A stretch of 64,000 nt of DNA from Scyliorhinus canicula (Eukaryota): NCBI RefSeq assembly GCF_902713615.1, contig NC_052149.1, positions 152,745,383-152,809,382 on the forward strand, read 5' to 3'. A program made the translations under genes and the position numbers. Below are positions 46,173 through 59,894 of the stretch, piece by piece; the first letter of the stretch is position 1; every line of letters begins with the position of its first letter. The notes below the pieces were generated by a model. It had not been told where the DNA came from and made no database searches. It was given only the letters and a program-made list of their open reading frames with translations.

Positions 46173-48569
46173 TTTCGCCAGTATCTTAACATCCGTGGTG
46201 AGGAGTGAAATGGGTTGGGTCAGTAAGACCCACACTCCACTGGGTCCTTACCTTCTTTCAGGAGCACCGAGATTGTGGCTTGGGCCAAGGACATGGTAGT
46301 GATACCCTAGACAGTAAATCATTGAACATGTCCAAAATTAGAAGTATTAGTTGCTCTGAGAACCTCTTATAACATTTGGGTGGGAAGCCGTCAGGACTGG
46401 ATGCTTTGCCAGATTGCAGCCGACCGATACATTTCTGTATTTCTTCTGGGCTGAAGGAGGATTCCTGTTACCATTTCCTGCCTTCCTCTATGGTCGGGAT
46501 GTTTAAATCATCTAGAAACCTCATTATGTATGAGGTATCTGGAGGAGACTGTTTCATATAGCGCATGGTAAAATGTACTGAAAGCTGCATTTACCTGGAG
46601 AGGGGCGGAAACTAGGTTACCTTCTTTGCTTCGAATCTGTCGGATTCCTTGGGAGGTTGCCTGCTTCTTGAATTGATGTGCAAGAAGACAGCCCGCCTTT
46701 TCCCCATGTCCATAGAAGGTGCTCCTAGAACATCAAAACTAATGCACCACTTTAGTCGTGGAGATCAATTCGAATTGAAGTTGCAAGTTTTTTCTGTGCA
46801 TCAGTAATTCCGACGTTGGGGCAGAAGAATGTTGGCGGTCAACCTCCAAGATGGAGTCCACCAGCCTTTGTTGTTCCACTCTTTCCTTTTTCACAATGTG
46901 AGCTTTATACAAGATAATTCCACCCCTTATGACGACCTTTTGGGTTTCCCATAGTGTCGACGGAGGAATTGACTCTGTTTTGATGAGTTTGATAAAGTCT
47001 GCTATAGCAACAGACAATCACTCACAAAATTTGGCATCAGACAGTAAAGTGGTGTCTAGTCTCCAGAACGGGCACACAGGGGGGGCCAAAATCAAAGCAA
47101 AATTCAACAAAATGAGGGGCATGATCCAAGATGACTACTGCTGAGTACTCGGCTGTTCTCACTGAGGGGAGGAGGGATTTGTCAACAACTAAAAAATCAA
47201 TTCGGGAGGAGGGACAGTGAACATGCGAAAGAAAAAGAAAATTCTTCACTGTTTGGATGCAGAAAATGCCACTGGTCAACACCTCCAATTCTATCCATGA
47301 AAGAGGTCAATGCCCTGGACATCCCAGGTTAGGGCTGGGATTTCAACATGGAGTGATCCATTTTAGGGTCCAAGACACAGTTTAAGTCTCCTCCTCGATG
47401 TGAGTCTAAATCAGGAGGGCATTCACCAGGGAGTTCATGAAGCTTGGCTTGTCCCAATTGGAAGCATAAATATTCGCCAAATTAGCCAGAGTTTTCCCCA
47501 GCAATAATATAGCGACCCATTAGGCTCATCCATAATCTGGCAGGGAGTAAATTGTATTTTCTGTGGATTAGTATTGCTGTGCCTTTGGCCCTACCATCAA
47601 AGCCTGAGTGAAAGTCTTGCCCCACCCAATTTTTGTGAAGCCTCATCTGGTCCTTCACCCACAAATGGGTCTCCTGTAGGAACACAACACCTGGGTCCAG
47701 ACCCTTCAAATATGCAAAGATCCTTGCCCGCTTCACTGGTCCATTGAAACCCCTCACGTTCCAGATTATAAGGTGGAAAGGAGAACGTCCACCTCCTCTC
47801 CCACCCAGGGCAACCATTACATCTGTAGATCAGCAAGCAAGAAATTCCATCATGCCATGGCGAGGCAATCCCACCAGGACAGCAGACTGTACCAGTCTAA
47901 GCCAGACAAATACAAATTAGTGGACAACGTCAGGCTACAAATTAGTAGGGGGGTAAAGGGAGGAACAGTGACGTACCCAACCTTGCAATCCACACCAAAA
48001 ACATCAAATTCATATAAAACCTAAAGTCTTTAACACAATAATCTAAGTTCCCCCTCGCCAGGTATTTGTGAGTGGAAGCTGCAGAATACCCACATTTATG
48101 ACTTCACTTCTCCGGGTCCATCTCTAGCTATAGCTGAGAGGCTCTCCAACCGACCCTATAATAAAAGATGAGAAACTTCAAAAACAAAAATTTCACATAT
48201 AACAATCCTGTGGTAATGACAGCATTATAACAGCAATATATACAGCACTGGTATAATGCGGAAAAAAAGGAACACTTCAACAGTAATAACTTTACAGTGT
48301 AAATTAGCCAAATAAACAACAATGATATAACTTCCAAACATACAGCAATTTAACTTTTAGACAACAATAGAGAAAGATTTACGCAGAATTCAAGCCCAGT
48401 TTCTGAACCAAAGTATTTCTTCATCTGGGGAGTCAAAGAAGTGATCCTTTCCCACGACCGAAACTCGAAGACGGGCCAAGTAAAGTAGCCCAAACAGGAT
48501 ACGCTTCTTGAATAGGGCGGATTTTGCCCCGTTAAATGCTGCTCTTTTATTCGCCAACTCAGCGCTAAG

Positions 48570-49395
48570 GTCCTGGTGAAGTGAATCAAATTGCAGATGG
48601 AGTTCAATTTATGCAAATACGAGGTGATGCATTTTGGAAGATCTAATTCAAGAGCAGACTATATGGTCAATGAAAGAGTCCTGGGGAAAATTGATGTACA
48701 GAGAGATCTGGGAGTTCAGGTCCATTGTACCCTGAAGGTGGCAACGCAGGTTGATAGAGTGGTCAAGAAGGCATACAGCATGCTTGCCTTCATCGGACGG
48801 GGTACTGAGTACAAGAGTCGGCAGGTCATGTTACAGTTGTACAGGACTTTGGTTTTGGAATATATTTGGAATACTGCGTGCAGTTCTGGTCTCCACATTA
48901 CCAGAAGGATGTGGATGCTTTAGAGAGGGTGCAGAGGAGGTTCACCAGGATGTTGCCTGGTATGGAGGGTGCTAGCTATGAAGAAAGGTTGAGTAGATTA
49001 GGATTGTTTTCGTTGGAAAGACGGAGGTTGAGGGTGGACCTGATTGAGGTCTACAAAATTATGAGAGGTATGGACAGGGTGGATAACAACAAGCTTTTTC
49101 CTTGTCAATTACAAGGGGTCATGATTTCAAGGTGAGAGGGGAAAATTTAAGGGAGATGTGCGTGGAAAGGTTTTTACGCAGAGGGTGGTGGGTGCCTGGG
49201 AGCGCTTTGCCAGCGGAGGTGGTAGAGGCGGGCACGATAGCATCATTTAAGATGCATCTGGACAGAGATATGAATGGGCGGGAACAGAGGGAAGTAGATC
49301 CTTGGAAAATAGACGACAGGTTTAGATAAAGGATCTGGATCGGCGCAGGCTGGGAGGGCCGAAGGGCCTGTTCCTGTGCTGTAATTTTCTTTGTT
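48570..49395 (+). mobile_element. CR1 3' fragment inside the old L1
   Basis: MQMEFNLCKYEVMHFG and EYCVQFWSPHYQKDV. Confidence 0.88.
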
Positions 49396-50332
49396 CTTTA
49401 ACTCCTCCATTTAATGTCGTGGTGCTCCCTGGCCCATCGCAGGATCTGCTCATGTTGGCTATGAATTGAGTGGGGGTGTTGCCCTCTGTTCCCTCCAGCA
49501 GACCCTACGAGGCGGTTGTTTTTCCTTCGGGACTTGTTCTCCAGGTCATTTACTTTATTCTTTAAAAACTATTCACAACCAGGACCGAAGACAAGTTTTT
49601 CTCCAACGACATGACCCCACTCACTGTGGTCGGATGGGGCCACCTCCATAGGTTTGACTGTGTCACCTCACACTTCTATTTTTGTATCCATCCCTTCCAA
49701 CAGACTCAAGATTTGGCTTTGGGATTCATCCACTGATGTTTTTACTGCCAGGTCCCGATGGTGTTTTTTCAGTTCAACCACCACGATGCGGCTAATGTCC
49801 TCAACTGATGGCCATGTGGTCTCCCTGGGGGAGGAGATGCACGCCACCACCATTTTGTCTCCTGCCGACTCCACGGACGTTTCCCGATCTGAGAAGCACA
49901 TTTGGCTCCCCCCTCTTTAGTTTTTGTTGTTCTTAGGTATTTTTGAAATGCTGTATGGTTGCCCCCAGTTTTTACTTTGTTTTTTTTTGACTAGCGCTGC
50001 CTTTTAAGCGCTTTGCGAGTCGGGTTCAGGTCGGAGCGTCTCCTGGTGTATGCCCTCCACTCACATCCATTGCCGGAAGTCCCCAGCACACTTTATTTCT
50101 GGATTTTGGCATGGAGCAGACAGGTTCAAATTATACTGTTGTGAGCAAGTTGTATCAAAATCCAAACAAAAGTGTCCTCTGAAGAAGTTTTGGAAGAGTA
50201 CCTCACTATTATTCCACATCACATCATGGCTGCAACTAGAATCAGATTATTGGGAACATTTATTATTGGACAAAACTTAAATAAAGAAGTAATTCTTGCA
50301 AAGTGGTCATTTCTACGAACACACACACAGAC

Positions 50333-50697
50333 GGGCAGCATGGTAGCACAAGTGGATAGCACTGTGGCTTCACAGCGCCAGGGTCCCAGGTTCGATTCCC
50401 CTCTGGGTCACTGTCTGTGCAGAATCTGCACGTTGTCTGCGTGGGTTTCCTCCAGGTGCTCCGGTTTCCTCCCACAGTCCAAAGATACACCACACCAGTC
50501 ACACACCACACATGGGGCTGGTTTAGCACAGGGATAAATCGCTGGCTTTTAAAGCAGACCAAGGCAGGCCAGGAGCACGGTTCAATTCCCGTAGCAGCCT
50601 CCCCGAACAGGCGCCGGATTGTGGCGTCAAGGGTCTTTTCACAGTAACTTCATTTGAAGCCTACTTGTGACAATAAGCAATTTTCATTTCATTTTCA
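50333..50697 (+). mobile_element. Tandem SINEs: a V-SINE 5' part (50333-50485) followed by a short tRNA-SINE (50512-50697)
   Basis: Two heads, each with a B-box; (CATTTT)n tail. Confidence 0.8.
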
Positions 50698-52257
50698 TAC
50701 GCATACACACGTGCATGTGAAGAAACCAATTTCAAAGAATCATCATTGTTTAATTATAGGTCTGCTAACCACATTTGTTTGTCTCCCAAAATAATTCAAC
50801 AGTTTCGCCCTTTATGGGAAAATGTCAAAACTGTTACTTCTGCATGCAACACCAACTTGGTGCAGTTTCACAGAGTGAATGAACATCTTACCGTACTGTC
50901 GCCACATCAGGACATCATAAATTCCTTTACAGTAAAGGAAATTCTTCTGAAGTGCAGTCATTGCTGTAATGTAAGAAATGGTGCAGCTAACTTGTGCACA
51001 ATGTCCCAAAAACAGCAATGCAATAAGGCCAGATAATCTGCTTAGTGATATATAAATTCTGGAAATAGCATGTCTGGCAGCATCAGTAGAGAGGGAAAGA
51101 GAGTCAACATTTCAGGACAATGTAATAATGAAAAATCTTTGGAATAAAAATATTTTGATAACATTTCAGGTCAGTGATATTTTCTCAGCACTGATGAAAG
51201 GTCGTTGAACTGAAACGAACAGGCCGTAATCTCCAAGCTCCGCAGCATTGGATTGGGGTGTTGCCCCAAAGATGTGCTCGGAAATCCTCTTCGGTGCTTC
51301 CCAGGCAAGGTTTGCACAGTAATTGCCCAGAAGTGTAAGCTTCCCCTGCACTGGGAATCTTCTGAAAACAGGACTAAAATCGCAAACTGCCCACTGAGCT
51401 ACATCAACCGTTACCCAGAATAAGTTAGAAGAATTAAATTCACTTCTAATTTCTGGACAACTATTGTACAGACCCAGACTGACCCCTTCCTCATGGATTC
51501 CCCTAACCCATGAGGTACCTTCCCCTACAACCCGACTACCTCCTCACAGGATTCCCCTCCACCCCCAGAGGGGCACTCCCCCCTCCCCCCACCACAAAGC
51601 TCAAATTTCACCCCCACTTCAGCGCCAGACCTGACCAGACCCGACCCTCAAACACCCCCGACCTCCGCCCCCCCCCCAGACCTCCGACCACCCTGACCTC
51701 TGAACCCCAGACCTGAATCCCCACCCCCAACTCCCCAAATACTATCTACTTATCTTAGACACTTAGCTTCTTGCTGGCCTGATATGAACTTTTACATTTC
51801 AATGGACCTTTAAACTCACTGGTATATGGCAGCTAGTGTTGTAAAAAAAGAGGCATGTCCACAACCCCTTCAAATCAGCTGCACTTTGACACTAGGCCCA
51901 GGGACTCGCTGCACGGGCTGGATCTCACCAGGCCTAAGTCAGACGGTTGGGCTAGACAAGCTGGGGAAAAAAATTGAGGTAAGAAATTGGGCATAGAGTG
52001 GCAATCTGACGCTGATTTCCAGTGCGAAGAAATTAAGGGCCAATGGGGTAAACTCTGGTTTGCTCTTCACAGATGCTGCCAGATCTGTTGAGGATTTTTC
52101 TCTTTTTGTTGCAGCTTTCAAGATTCGGCAGTATTTTGCTTTTGAATCTGGTGCTGGTTGAGAATAAGTATTGACCAGGATACTGGGGACAGCACATCTG
52201 GGGACAAGGCCCCTGGGGACAACACCCATAGAAACAATGTCCCTTAGGACAACACCT

Positions 52258-55200
52258 TGTAATGTTCTCTCTAATGCACGAATGGTGAGGTATTTGTAGT
52301 TGAAGTGGTCAGAGAACATATGGCTTTGTAAATGAACAAAACTGTCGTCCCGCCACCTATGATCGGATGCTGGAATACTATTCTATACTTACAGGCACTA
52401 ATGTTTACATACGGTTTGGTTATTATATTAAATGTAGATGATAGTTCACAGATCATCGCATCCTCCTCTTTTCCAAAATGATTGTTAAATCATTGACATG
52501 CACATATAAGCTATTTACCGATACATGAATTTTATATGGGTCAAATTGAATGCGTGCAAATTTTAAATGTTCATCATTTTAAAATGTCTGTATCAGTCTC
52601 TTCGATGTGTAGGGTGTTCTTTGTCTTGAGCTTGTGGTGTTTAAATGTCTTACCGGCTTTTGCTGTTAGTGCAGCTTCCCGATTAGGTTTTGAAGCAAGT
52701 GGCTCGGTGTTATTTGGCTTCAGGGATTTCCTTGTTATACCAGGACTCACCGTTGTGCTGTTCAGTATTTGCTGGTGTCCATGTGCTGCAAGGATAGTCA
52801 TCTCATCGTTTTGCTGCTTTACGATTAGGTGATTGTTTTCTATGATTCTTTCGTTTTGGTTTAGTTGTTCTTGCTGCTGTTGAGATTTGCGTTGCATTGT
52901 GTTTATTATATCATTTGATTCACGGTTTTGGTCGCTGTATTGTTGCATGCTCTCGGAGGGAACCGCATCTTCTAGACCCACCATGCTTTCGGTAACAGCT
53001 TGATAGTGCTTTTTTCTGAGCAGAGCTACGGCTTGAGCTTTGGATTTTATCTCTAGCGCCTGTTGTGTCTTTTCATCTATGGCTGCCATGTACCAGCCTC
53101 CCCGGACAGCCGCTGGAATGTGGCGACTAGGGGCTTTTCACAGTAACTTCAATGAGTAGGCTTCAATAAGCGATTTTCATTTTTCATTTCATGTGCGCCA
53201 TCTGTATGCAGTCTATGTATAGACAGGTCGTATAGTCGCTGGACTAGATGTCGGGCCTCACATGCTGTCGAGCCTAGCAGTGAATGCCACCAAATATGAT
53301 TGTTCGATAACCTCTACTTGCAGAGTGCATTTTCCAAGTGCCTTAATTTGTGCGCCGTGGTAGTCTGTGAGACTGCATTCATTGTCTGGCTGAATGTGTG
53401 GCTGAATGCACATCTCCTTGAGGTTTGCCTCATTTATTAAATTTTCTCTGGCACCAGTGTCCATTTTGATGAATGTGCTAGTTTGATTTATCATTAGCTG
53501 AATTGTTCAATTGTCTACCTGGCCAGTTCTCGTTTCTTCTATCTCATAGAATTGTTCCATGTCTTCGTCAATGGCATCGGTGAAGAATGAATCTTCTTCG
53601 CCATCTGTTGCACTGGTGCCCTCAGCTTGCCTACTTTCATGGCATTCTGCAATGTAGAAGGTCATTTCTCCTTTCATTTATGTAGTTGATGCTCCTCGGC
53701 ACCTGTGTCCGCTCCATGTACTGGCATTGCTGGGCAAAATGTTTGCGCTTTGAGCATCTGGCACACCTTTTGCGAAATTCAGGGCACTTACGCGGGCTGT
53801 GCGTTCTGCTGTACCTCAGACACAAAGTGGCGTGTTCTGGTGGTCCTCTGAAATGACCAGCCCCATGCTGACCACGTTGGCAGTTTTGCTGCGACACAGC
53901 AAGGATGCCGCCAGTCTCACTTTCTCGTTTCGCGTCACTTCCCTGTGTTTGAATTTCCGTGAGTTGTTGCAAAGCAACTTCGCGGGCCTTGCACATCAGC
54001 ATTGCATCGAATAAAGTCAAATCTTGTTCACATAACGTGTCGCTTTTAAGTCCATAAACAATTTGGTCCTTGATTAAAGAATCCTGCAATTTATGATGCA
54101 AAATTGCAGGTTAAGATGCAAAAGAGTCGAGTGCTTCGCCCAATTTTTGTGACCGCATACGAAAAACATTTCACTCAAACGTTACATTTTTCTTCAGATG
54201 GCAGTAGTCATCGAAGCGTTCAATTATTTTATCAAAGCTTTTCCTGTCATCCTCCAAGGCAAACTGGAATGTGTAATATAAGTTAATTGCCTGGGGACTA
54301 GCTACAGTCATCAGTAGGGCTATTTTCCTCTGATCTGATCTGAGGCCTCCTGAATAACCTGGGCCTCCACGTAAAAAATTAATTGTTTAAAAGCACGCCA
54401 GCAGTTGGTGTCTACGTTACCAATCATGAGTGGGCCGGGAGTCTTGAGTGCTTCCATCTCGCTTCACCTGATCGTCTCGGGTTTCGCAGCCGATCTCTTT
54501 CTTGTCGAGCCTCCGATTGTCCTTTTCGGTTTTTCTTGTCTTTTCTAGTTTTTCCTAACTACACTCGTTTGACATTCACTCCATGGTACCATGTAATGTT
54601 CTCTGTATGCATGGATGGCGAGGTCTTTGTAGTTGAAGTGATCAGCGAACATAAGCCTTTGTAAATGAACAAAACTATTTATTAATTAACTAAAATACTA
54701 AAGGGTTCTCTGATGTCCACCAAGGTCATAGTTGGATATGATGGCTAAATACAAACAACTATGATTAATTATTATTAATTACTGTTGATTCAGGAGCTGC
54801 CGATATGCGACTGCACTCTGTACTTGCTGTCCAGGTTTTGTCTCTCATTTGTGGGTGTCTTCCAGTGACGTTCTCCTGTCGCCACGCCACCAGTGGTTGG
54901 ATGCTAGAATACATCCTGTCTCACCATGTGGCCATCTTCCAGTAATGTTCTCCTGTCATCACGCCACCTGTGGTTGGATGCTAGAATACTATTCTATACA
55001 TACAGGCACTAATGTTTACATACATGGAATCATAGAATTTACAGTGCAGAAAGAGGCCATTCGGCCTATCGAATCTGCACCGGCCCTTGGAAAGAGCACG
55101 CGACTCAAGCCCACGTCTCCAACCTATTCCCGTAACCCAGAAATCCCACTTAACCTTTTTGGACACGAAGGGCAATTTAGCATGGCCAATCCACCTAACC

Positions 55201-55422
55201 CGCACGTCTTTGGACTGTGGGAGGAAAGCAGAGCACCCGGAGGAAACCAACACAGACACAGGGAGAACGTGCAGACTCTGTACAGACAGTGACCTAAGCC
55301 GGGAATCGAACTGGGACCCTGGAGCTGTGAAGCAACTGTGCTAACCACTGTGCCACTGTGCTGCCCGTTATTGGTTTGGTTACTATACTGTATACATAGA
55401 TGATAGCTCACATATCATCACA
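52258..55422 (-). mobile_element. Non-autonomous Gypsy element (LTR-PBS-gag-PR-unknown ORF-PPT-LTR) lacking RT, RH and IN
   Basis: Related LTRs at 52258-52460 and 54592-55422 (the latter has an internal duplication and a SINE at about 55025-55367). PBS at 54577-54591 and PPT at 52461-52472. Gag DSLIKDQIVYGL plus a knuckle; PR MDTGA. CACCT duplication at 52253-52257 and 55425-55429. Confidence 0.85.
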
Positions 55423-55660
55423 CACACCTGGGGATAACAGCCCTGGGGACGCCATTTGAGATAACACCACGAAGGTCAATGCCCCTAGCGACAATGTCCT
55501 TTAGGACAACACCCCTGGTGATAACAACCCTGGGAACAATCCCCCGGGGATTGCACCCCTGGGGACAACACCCCTGGGGCTAACACCCCTGGGGACAATG
55601 TCCCTAGCGACAATGCCCCTGGGAACAAAGTCCCTAAGGACCACGCCCCTGGGGACAGCA
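55423..55660. repeat. Degenerate 15-bp minisatellite (GGGGACAACACCCCT); the remainder lies at 52181-52257
   Basis: About 16 units here and about 5 units left of the Gypsy insertion. Confidence 0.85.
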
Positions 55661-56145
55661 CGCGTGCTCCTCGTCCAATACTGTCATGTGACTTTTGTGT
55701 CCACCTGCAAGAGAGAATGGGGATTCCGTTCAGTGACACATCTCAAAGAGAGATCCTCTGATTGTGCAGTGTTCCCTGAGCACTGAAGTGTAGCCTGGCT
55801 TTTGTGGCTCAAGTCTTATGGTCATGGTGTGGGCAACGTGCGGTCTCGGCTGTGCGTTCCCCACTGAGGTCCCTTATACAATGTGAGACGCGTTGTATAG
55901 CCATGTGTTTCCCGGATCTGCGAGCACCGGGAAACACGCGCCTAAACGCACTCGCTATGGGAATTAGTTGAATTGCGCCCAAAGTGTTGAAGCCGGGACA
56001 GAATCGGTGGACATCTGTGACAGCAGACTTTACGCCGCTCCTGGAGCAATTCCACAACTGTTAATGGGCTAGCACCCATGCCACCTGGAACACGAGCGAT
56101 TCCAAAGCAAAAAGGTGTCAGATTCACAGCGTTGAGATTGACACC

Positions 56146-56385
56146 AGAGGCGGCAGGGTGGTGCAATGGTTAGCACTGCTGCCTACGTCACTGAGGACCC
56201 AGGTTCGATTCCGGCCCAGGGTCACTGTCTGTGTGGAGTTTGCACATTCTCCCTGCATCTGAGTGGGTCTCATCCCCATGCAACCCAATGATGTGCAGGG
56301 GAGGTGGATTGGCCAGGCTAAATTACCCCTTTGGAAAAAAATAATTGGGTACTCTAAATATATAAAAGAACAAAAAAGGAAAAGC
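56146..56385 (+). mobile_element. Full-length V-SINE with an A-rich tail
   Basis: A-box TGGTGCAATGG, B-box GGTTCGATTCC, and V-domain. Confidence 0.88.
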
Positions 56386-56399
56386 AAAAAAAGGAATTG

Positions 56400-58800
56400 A
56401 CACCCGAGAGGCTGACAAGCTGCAGGTGCATATTAGCACTCCACTCCCCACACACGCTCAATCCAGCCAACAAGATGGTAGCACGAAGAACGGCACCCCG
56501 GTTCACCTGCGCAGACCTCGAGACCCTGCTAGACACTGCGGAGGAGAGACGGGCTAACCTGTATCCTGGAGTGGGAAGGAGGCCACCACCCTGCTGGGTG
56601 CAGGTGGCAGAGGTCCGGAGTGCCATGGGCCTTGCGCCAGGACCCTACAGCAGTGCAGCACAAAACTGCACTGCCTGCTCAGGGCAGCCAGGGTGAGCAG
56701 GCAGCACTGCGACCCTGGCTCCAACACCTGCCTCATGCACCCGTAACACCAGTCCCTGGCCTACAAGACCACCAGCCATCCCCTCCCTGTGCTGCATGAG
56801 TCCGACTGCACTTTCTGTCTCCCACCCACCCCCCAGGAGAAGATGGCCCACAACCGCCGGGAAAGGGAGAAGACTAGGAGGGGGGCTGACGGACCTGTGG
56901 ACAGACCCCCACTTCAGTGGAGGGCCTAGTTGGAGATTTCGGAGGGCAGTTGCCCAGGCGGAGGTCGGCATTGGGCAACAAGTGAGACCACGCCCAAACC
57001 ATCCATCCCCACACCCCCCTCCACCATCATGACCCCCACACCACCACCCATGCCACCCCCCCCCCCCCCCCCCCCACCCGCCCCACACCACCCCGTGATC
57101 CAATCATGCATCATGTCATGTGTCTTGCCGGTACTTCTGGTGTCCCCCCACCACCCCAACCCCAAGCGGATAGCCGGGAGGAAGAGAAGAGGACACGGAC
57201 AGCGATGGAAACCCTCGATCCACAGCACGAGACACCCCGGAGCACTAATCCAGGGACAACACTGATGTCCCGACACAGCTGTCTCCAACACCCTCCACCA
57301 TCCCAGAGACACTCACCTCGGTTGGGCACTTTAATGAAGAGGCTCCTGGGGCACGGTCTGGTTTAATTTAATCACCTTTATTGTCACAAGTAGGCTTACA
57401 TTAACACTGCAATGAAGTTACTGTGAAAAGCCCCTAGTCGCCACATTCAGGCGTCTGTTCGGGTACACAGAGGGAGAATTCAGAATGTCCAAATTACCTA
57501 ACAACATGTCTTTTGGGGTTTGTGGGAGGAAACCGGAGCACCCGGAGGAAACCCACACAGACACAGGGAGAACGTGCAGACTCTGCACAGACAGTGACCC
57601 AAGCCGGGAATCGAACCTCGGACCCTGGAGCTGTGAAGCAACAGTGCTAACCACTGTGCTACCATACTACCTACAAATGTGGGTGTCACCACACACGTGC
57701 AAAGATACATAAGGTGGAGGTAGAAATCCCTGAGGGGACAGACGGTCGGAGGGCGGTCCAACCCAAGGGACCAGCTGCCGTCCGGATGGGTTTTGGGCTT
57801 CTGGAAAGGGCGGTCCCAATGATAGTGGAGATTCTGTCACAGAGACAGGGGCTGCATGACGGGCTATGAGCAACCATCCAGTGCCTGAAGGTGCAATTGG
57901 AGAAGCCCAACCATCTGTCGGGGCAGAAGGCAATGCCAATCATGCGTGCCACCCAGACCTTGAGGATGAAGGTATCGGCCAGGGGTCAGGATGTCCAAGG
58001 CGTCGGGCACTCTGAGCGGGTGGTGGCTGAGGCACAGGATAGGGCTGCCCTGACACAGGCAGCTATGTACCAGGGCCCAGTGGACATTGCAGCATCACTC
58101 CAGAGCGTGGCTCAGTCACAGCGGGCCATGGCTGAGGGTGTCAGCGGCATTTCCCGGGCGCTAGCTGACTGAGCCAGGCACAGAGGGAGGTGGCACAGTC
58201 ACTGGCTGATGTGGCACAGACCCAGAGAGAGGTGGCGCAGTCACTGGCTGATGTGGCACAGACCCAGAGGGAGGTTGTCCGCTCCCTGTACTCCATGGCC
58301 ATGAGCATTGAGACCTTGGCCGAGAAGGAAGCAGGCCTCCAGGACTGCAGCGCCAGGTGACAGAGGAGCCTCAGGGGTTAGTTCCGTTCACAGCCCCTTC
58401 CCAAGGAGTAGCCCGGGGCCATTGCGCACCATGGGGGAGGAGGTAGTGATCGGGCCCATACAGGTGACTCCCCCCTCTTGTCCCTGGCGCATGTGATTGG
58501 CTGAACAGGGCAGCCAATAGGGACACCCAAGCAGCAGCCGGGGCCATCGAAGCCCAGTCCCCCCAGAAGACAGCCACCAAAGTGGACCCAGGTCACAAGG
58601 CAGGATTTACAGCAGGCCGCTTCCACTCCTGATGTACCGCCTGGGGATCCACTTAGACATAGTGTCAGCAGGCATAAGGCCAGAATGGCAGACACCCGTT
58701 AAGTTGGCACGGGTGCACCAAACAGTATAGTGATAGGGGCTCAGGCACAAAACTGTACTTTTATGTTCACCGTTTCACAATAAGCACCTCTTCACAGCGT
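56400..58800 (+). mobile_element. Third decayed Harbinger accessory (Myb/SANT) gene, with a SINE at 57362-57662
   Basis: ATG at 56474: MVARRTAPRFTCADLETLLDTAEERR (Myb_DNA-bind-like). Donor after GCAGCCAGG at about 56693. Next exon cag/GAGAAGATGGCCCACAACCG. Homologous to 563-3760. Confidence 0.8.
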
Positions 58801-59029
58801 TTGAACCTGCCTCGGTGCTCTGTCAGAGGCTGTGAGGGATGGGCGGGGTTGGCTGCAGAGGAGGTACTCAGAGTAGGGGGAAATGGGTGGACGTTGGGGG
58901 GTGGGCTTTGGCCAGGGACCCCAGTTCTGCCAGTGCTCACCGCTCCGGTATCCGACCCTCACAAACCATGCCACCCCCACCTCCCTCCCCCCCTCCTTGG
59001 TTTGGGATGCCGTAGGCAAAGGAATTCAC

Positions 59030-59420
59030 GTACCTTTCATGTGTGCACTGGGTGTAATGGATAAGGCACTGCTGGCGGGGGTGGCCGATTCGGAGTATTT
59101 GGCGATCATGAGCTCGAACCACGCGCTGCCATGGGTAGATTTGTGGGTGGTGCAGGGGGAGGCCCAGCAGCCGCAGTAGAGGTTGGATGTGGGATTGTTG
59201 GCGGATGAGGGAGTGTGTGAGAAGGCGAAGGCAGCCATCTGAAGCTATGTTGAGCTGAACGACACGGGGGAGGTCACAGCCTCCACATTGTGGGAGGCAA
59301 CTAAGGGGTGAATTTATCTCAATACGGGCACACAGGGAGAGGGTGGAACGGGAGGAGAGAGCAAGGCTAGCGGATAAGATTTTGAGGGTGATGGGGAGGT
59401 ACTCAGCTACATCAGAGGAG
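59030..59420 (+). mobile_element. L1 ORF2 fragment (end of EN and linker)
   Basis: Degenerate DKALL..VADSEY..I..NHA, W.LDVGLLADE and STLWEATKG. Confidence 0.65.
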
Positions 59421-59894
59421 GGGCTATTAAAGGAGAGACAGAGGCCCCAGATGGAATTTGTCCATCTGGAAACAGTCCAAAGATATGCAGGTTAGGTGGA
59501 TTGTCCATGATAAAATTGCTCCTTAATATCGAGGCATGTCCAGATTAGGTGGGGTTACGGGGGAGTGAGCCTGGTTGGGGTGCTCTTTCAGAGGGTCGGT
59601 ATTGACTTGATGGGCCAAATGGCCTCCTTCTGCACTGTAGGGATTCTATGATTCCTCAACCAAGACTGGGGAGCGTAGTTTTCAACGCTAAAAGGCTATT
59701 CTTCTCATATTTCAGTCCCCAGATCAGGCTCTCCTGCAGCCCACGGTCACATTCCTAGTTCATTGTATTGATCTGTTTTATTTAGAAAATCAAACTCACA
59801 ACAGGTGCTTTTGTCATTTGAAGCAGTTCATAAAGAATTACTTTATTGCGCAATCGTTATTTAAAAAGCAGACAATGATATACCAAAACAGAGC

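Larger units (their letters stand above)
44085..50080 (-). mobile_element. Old, near full-length L1, interrupted by two SINEs and one CR1
   Basis: 5' UTR at about 50075 and ORF1 remnant at 49668-49901. EN IIWNVRGFNGP...VFLQETHL at 47482-47817. RT DAEKAFDSVEW, TLSPLLF and YTDDLL at 45374-45775. Confidence 0.85.

Noticed and set aside
56146-56225. tRNA genes at SINE heads (A and B boxes)
   Set aside because: There is no complete cloverleaf, and each continues into a SINE core and tail.
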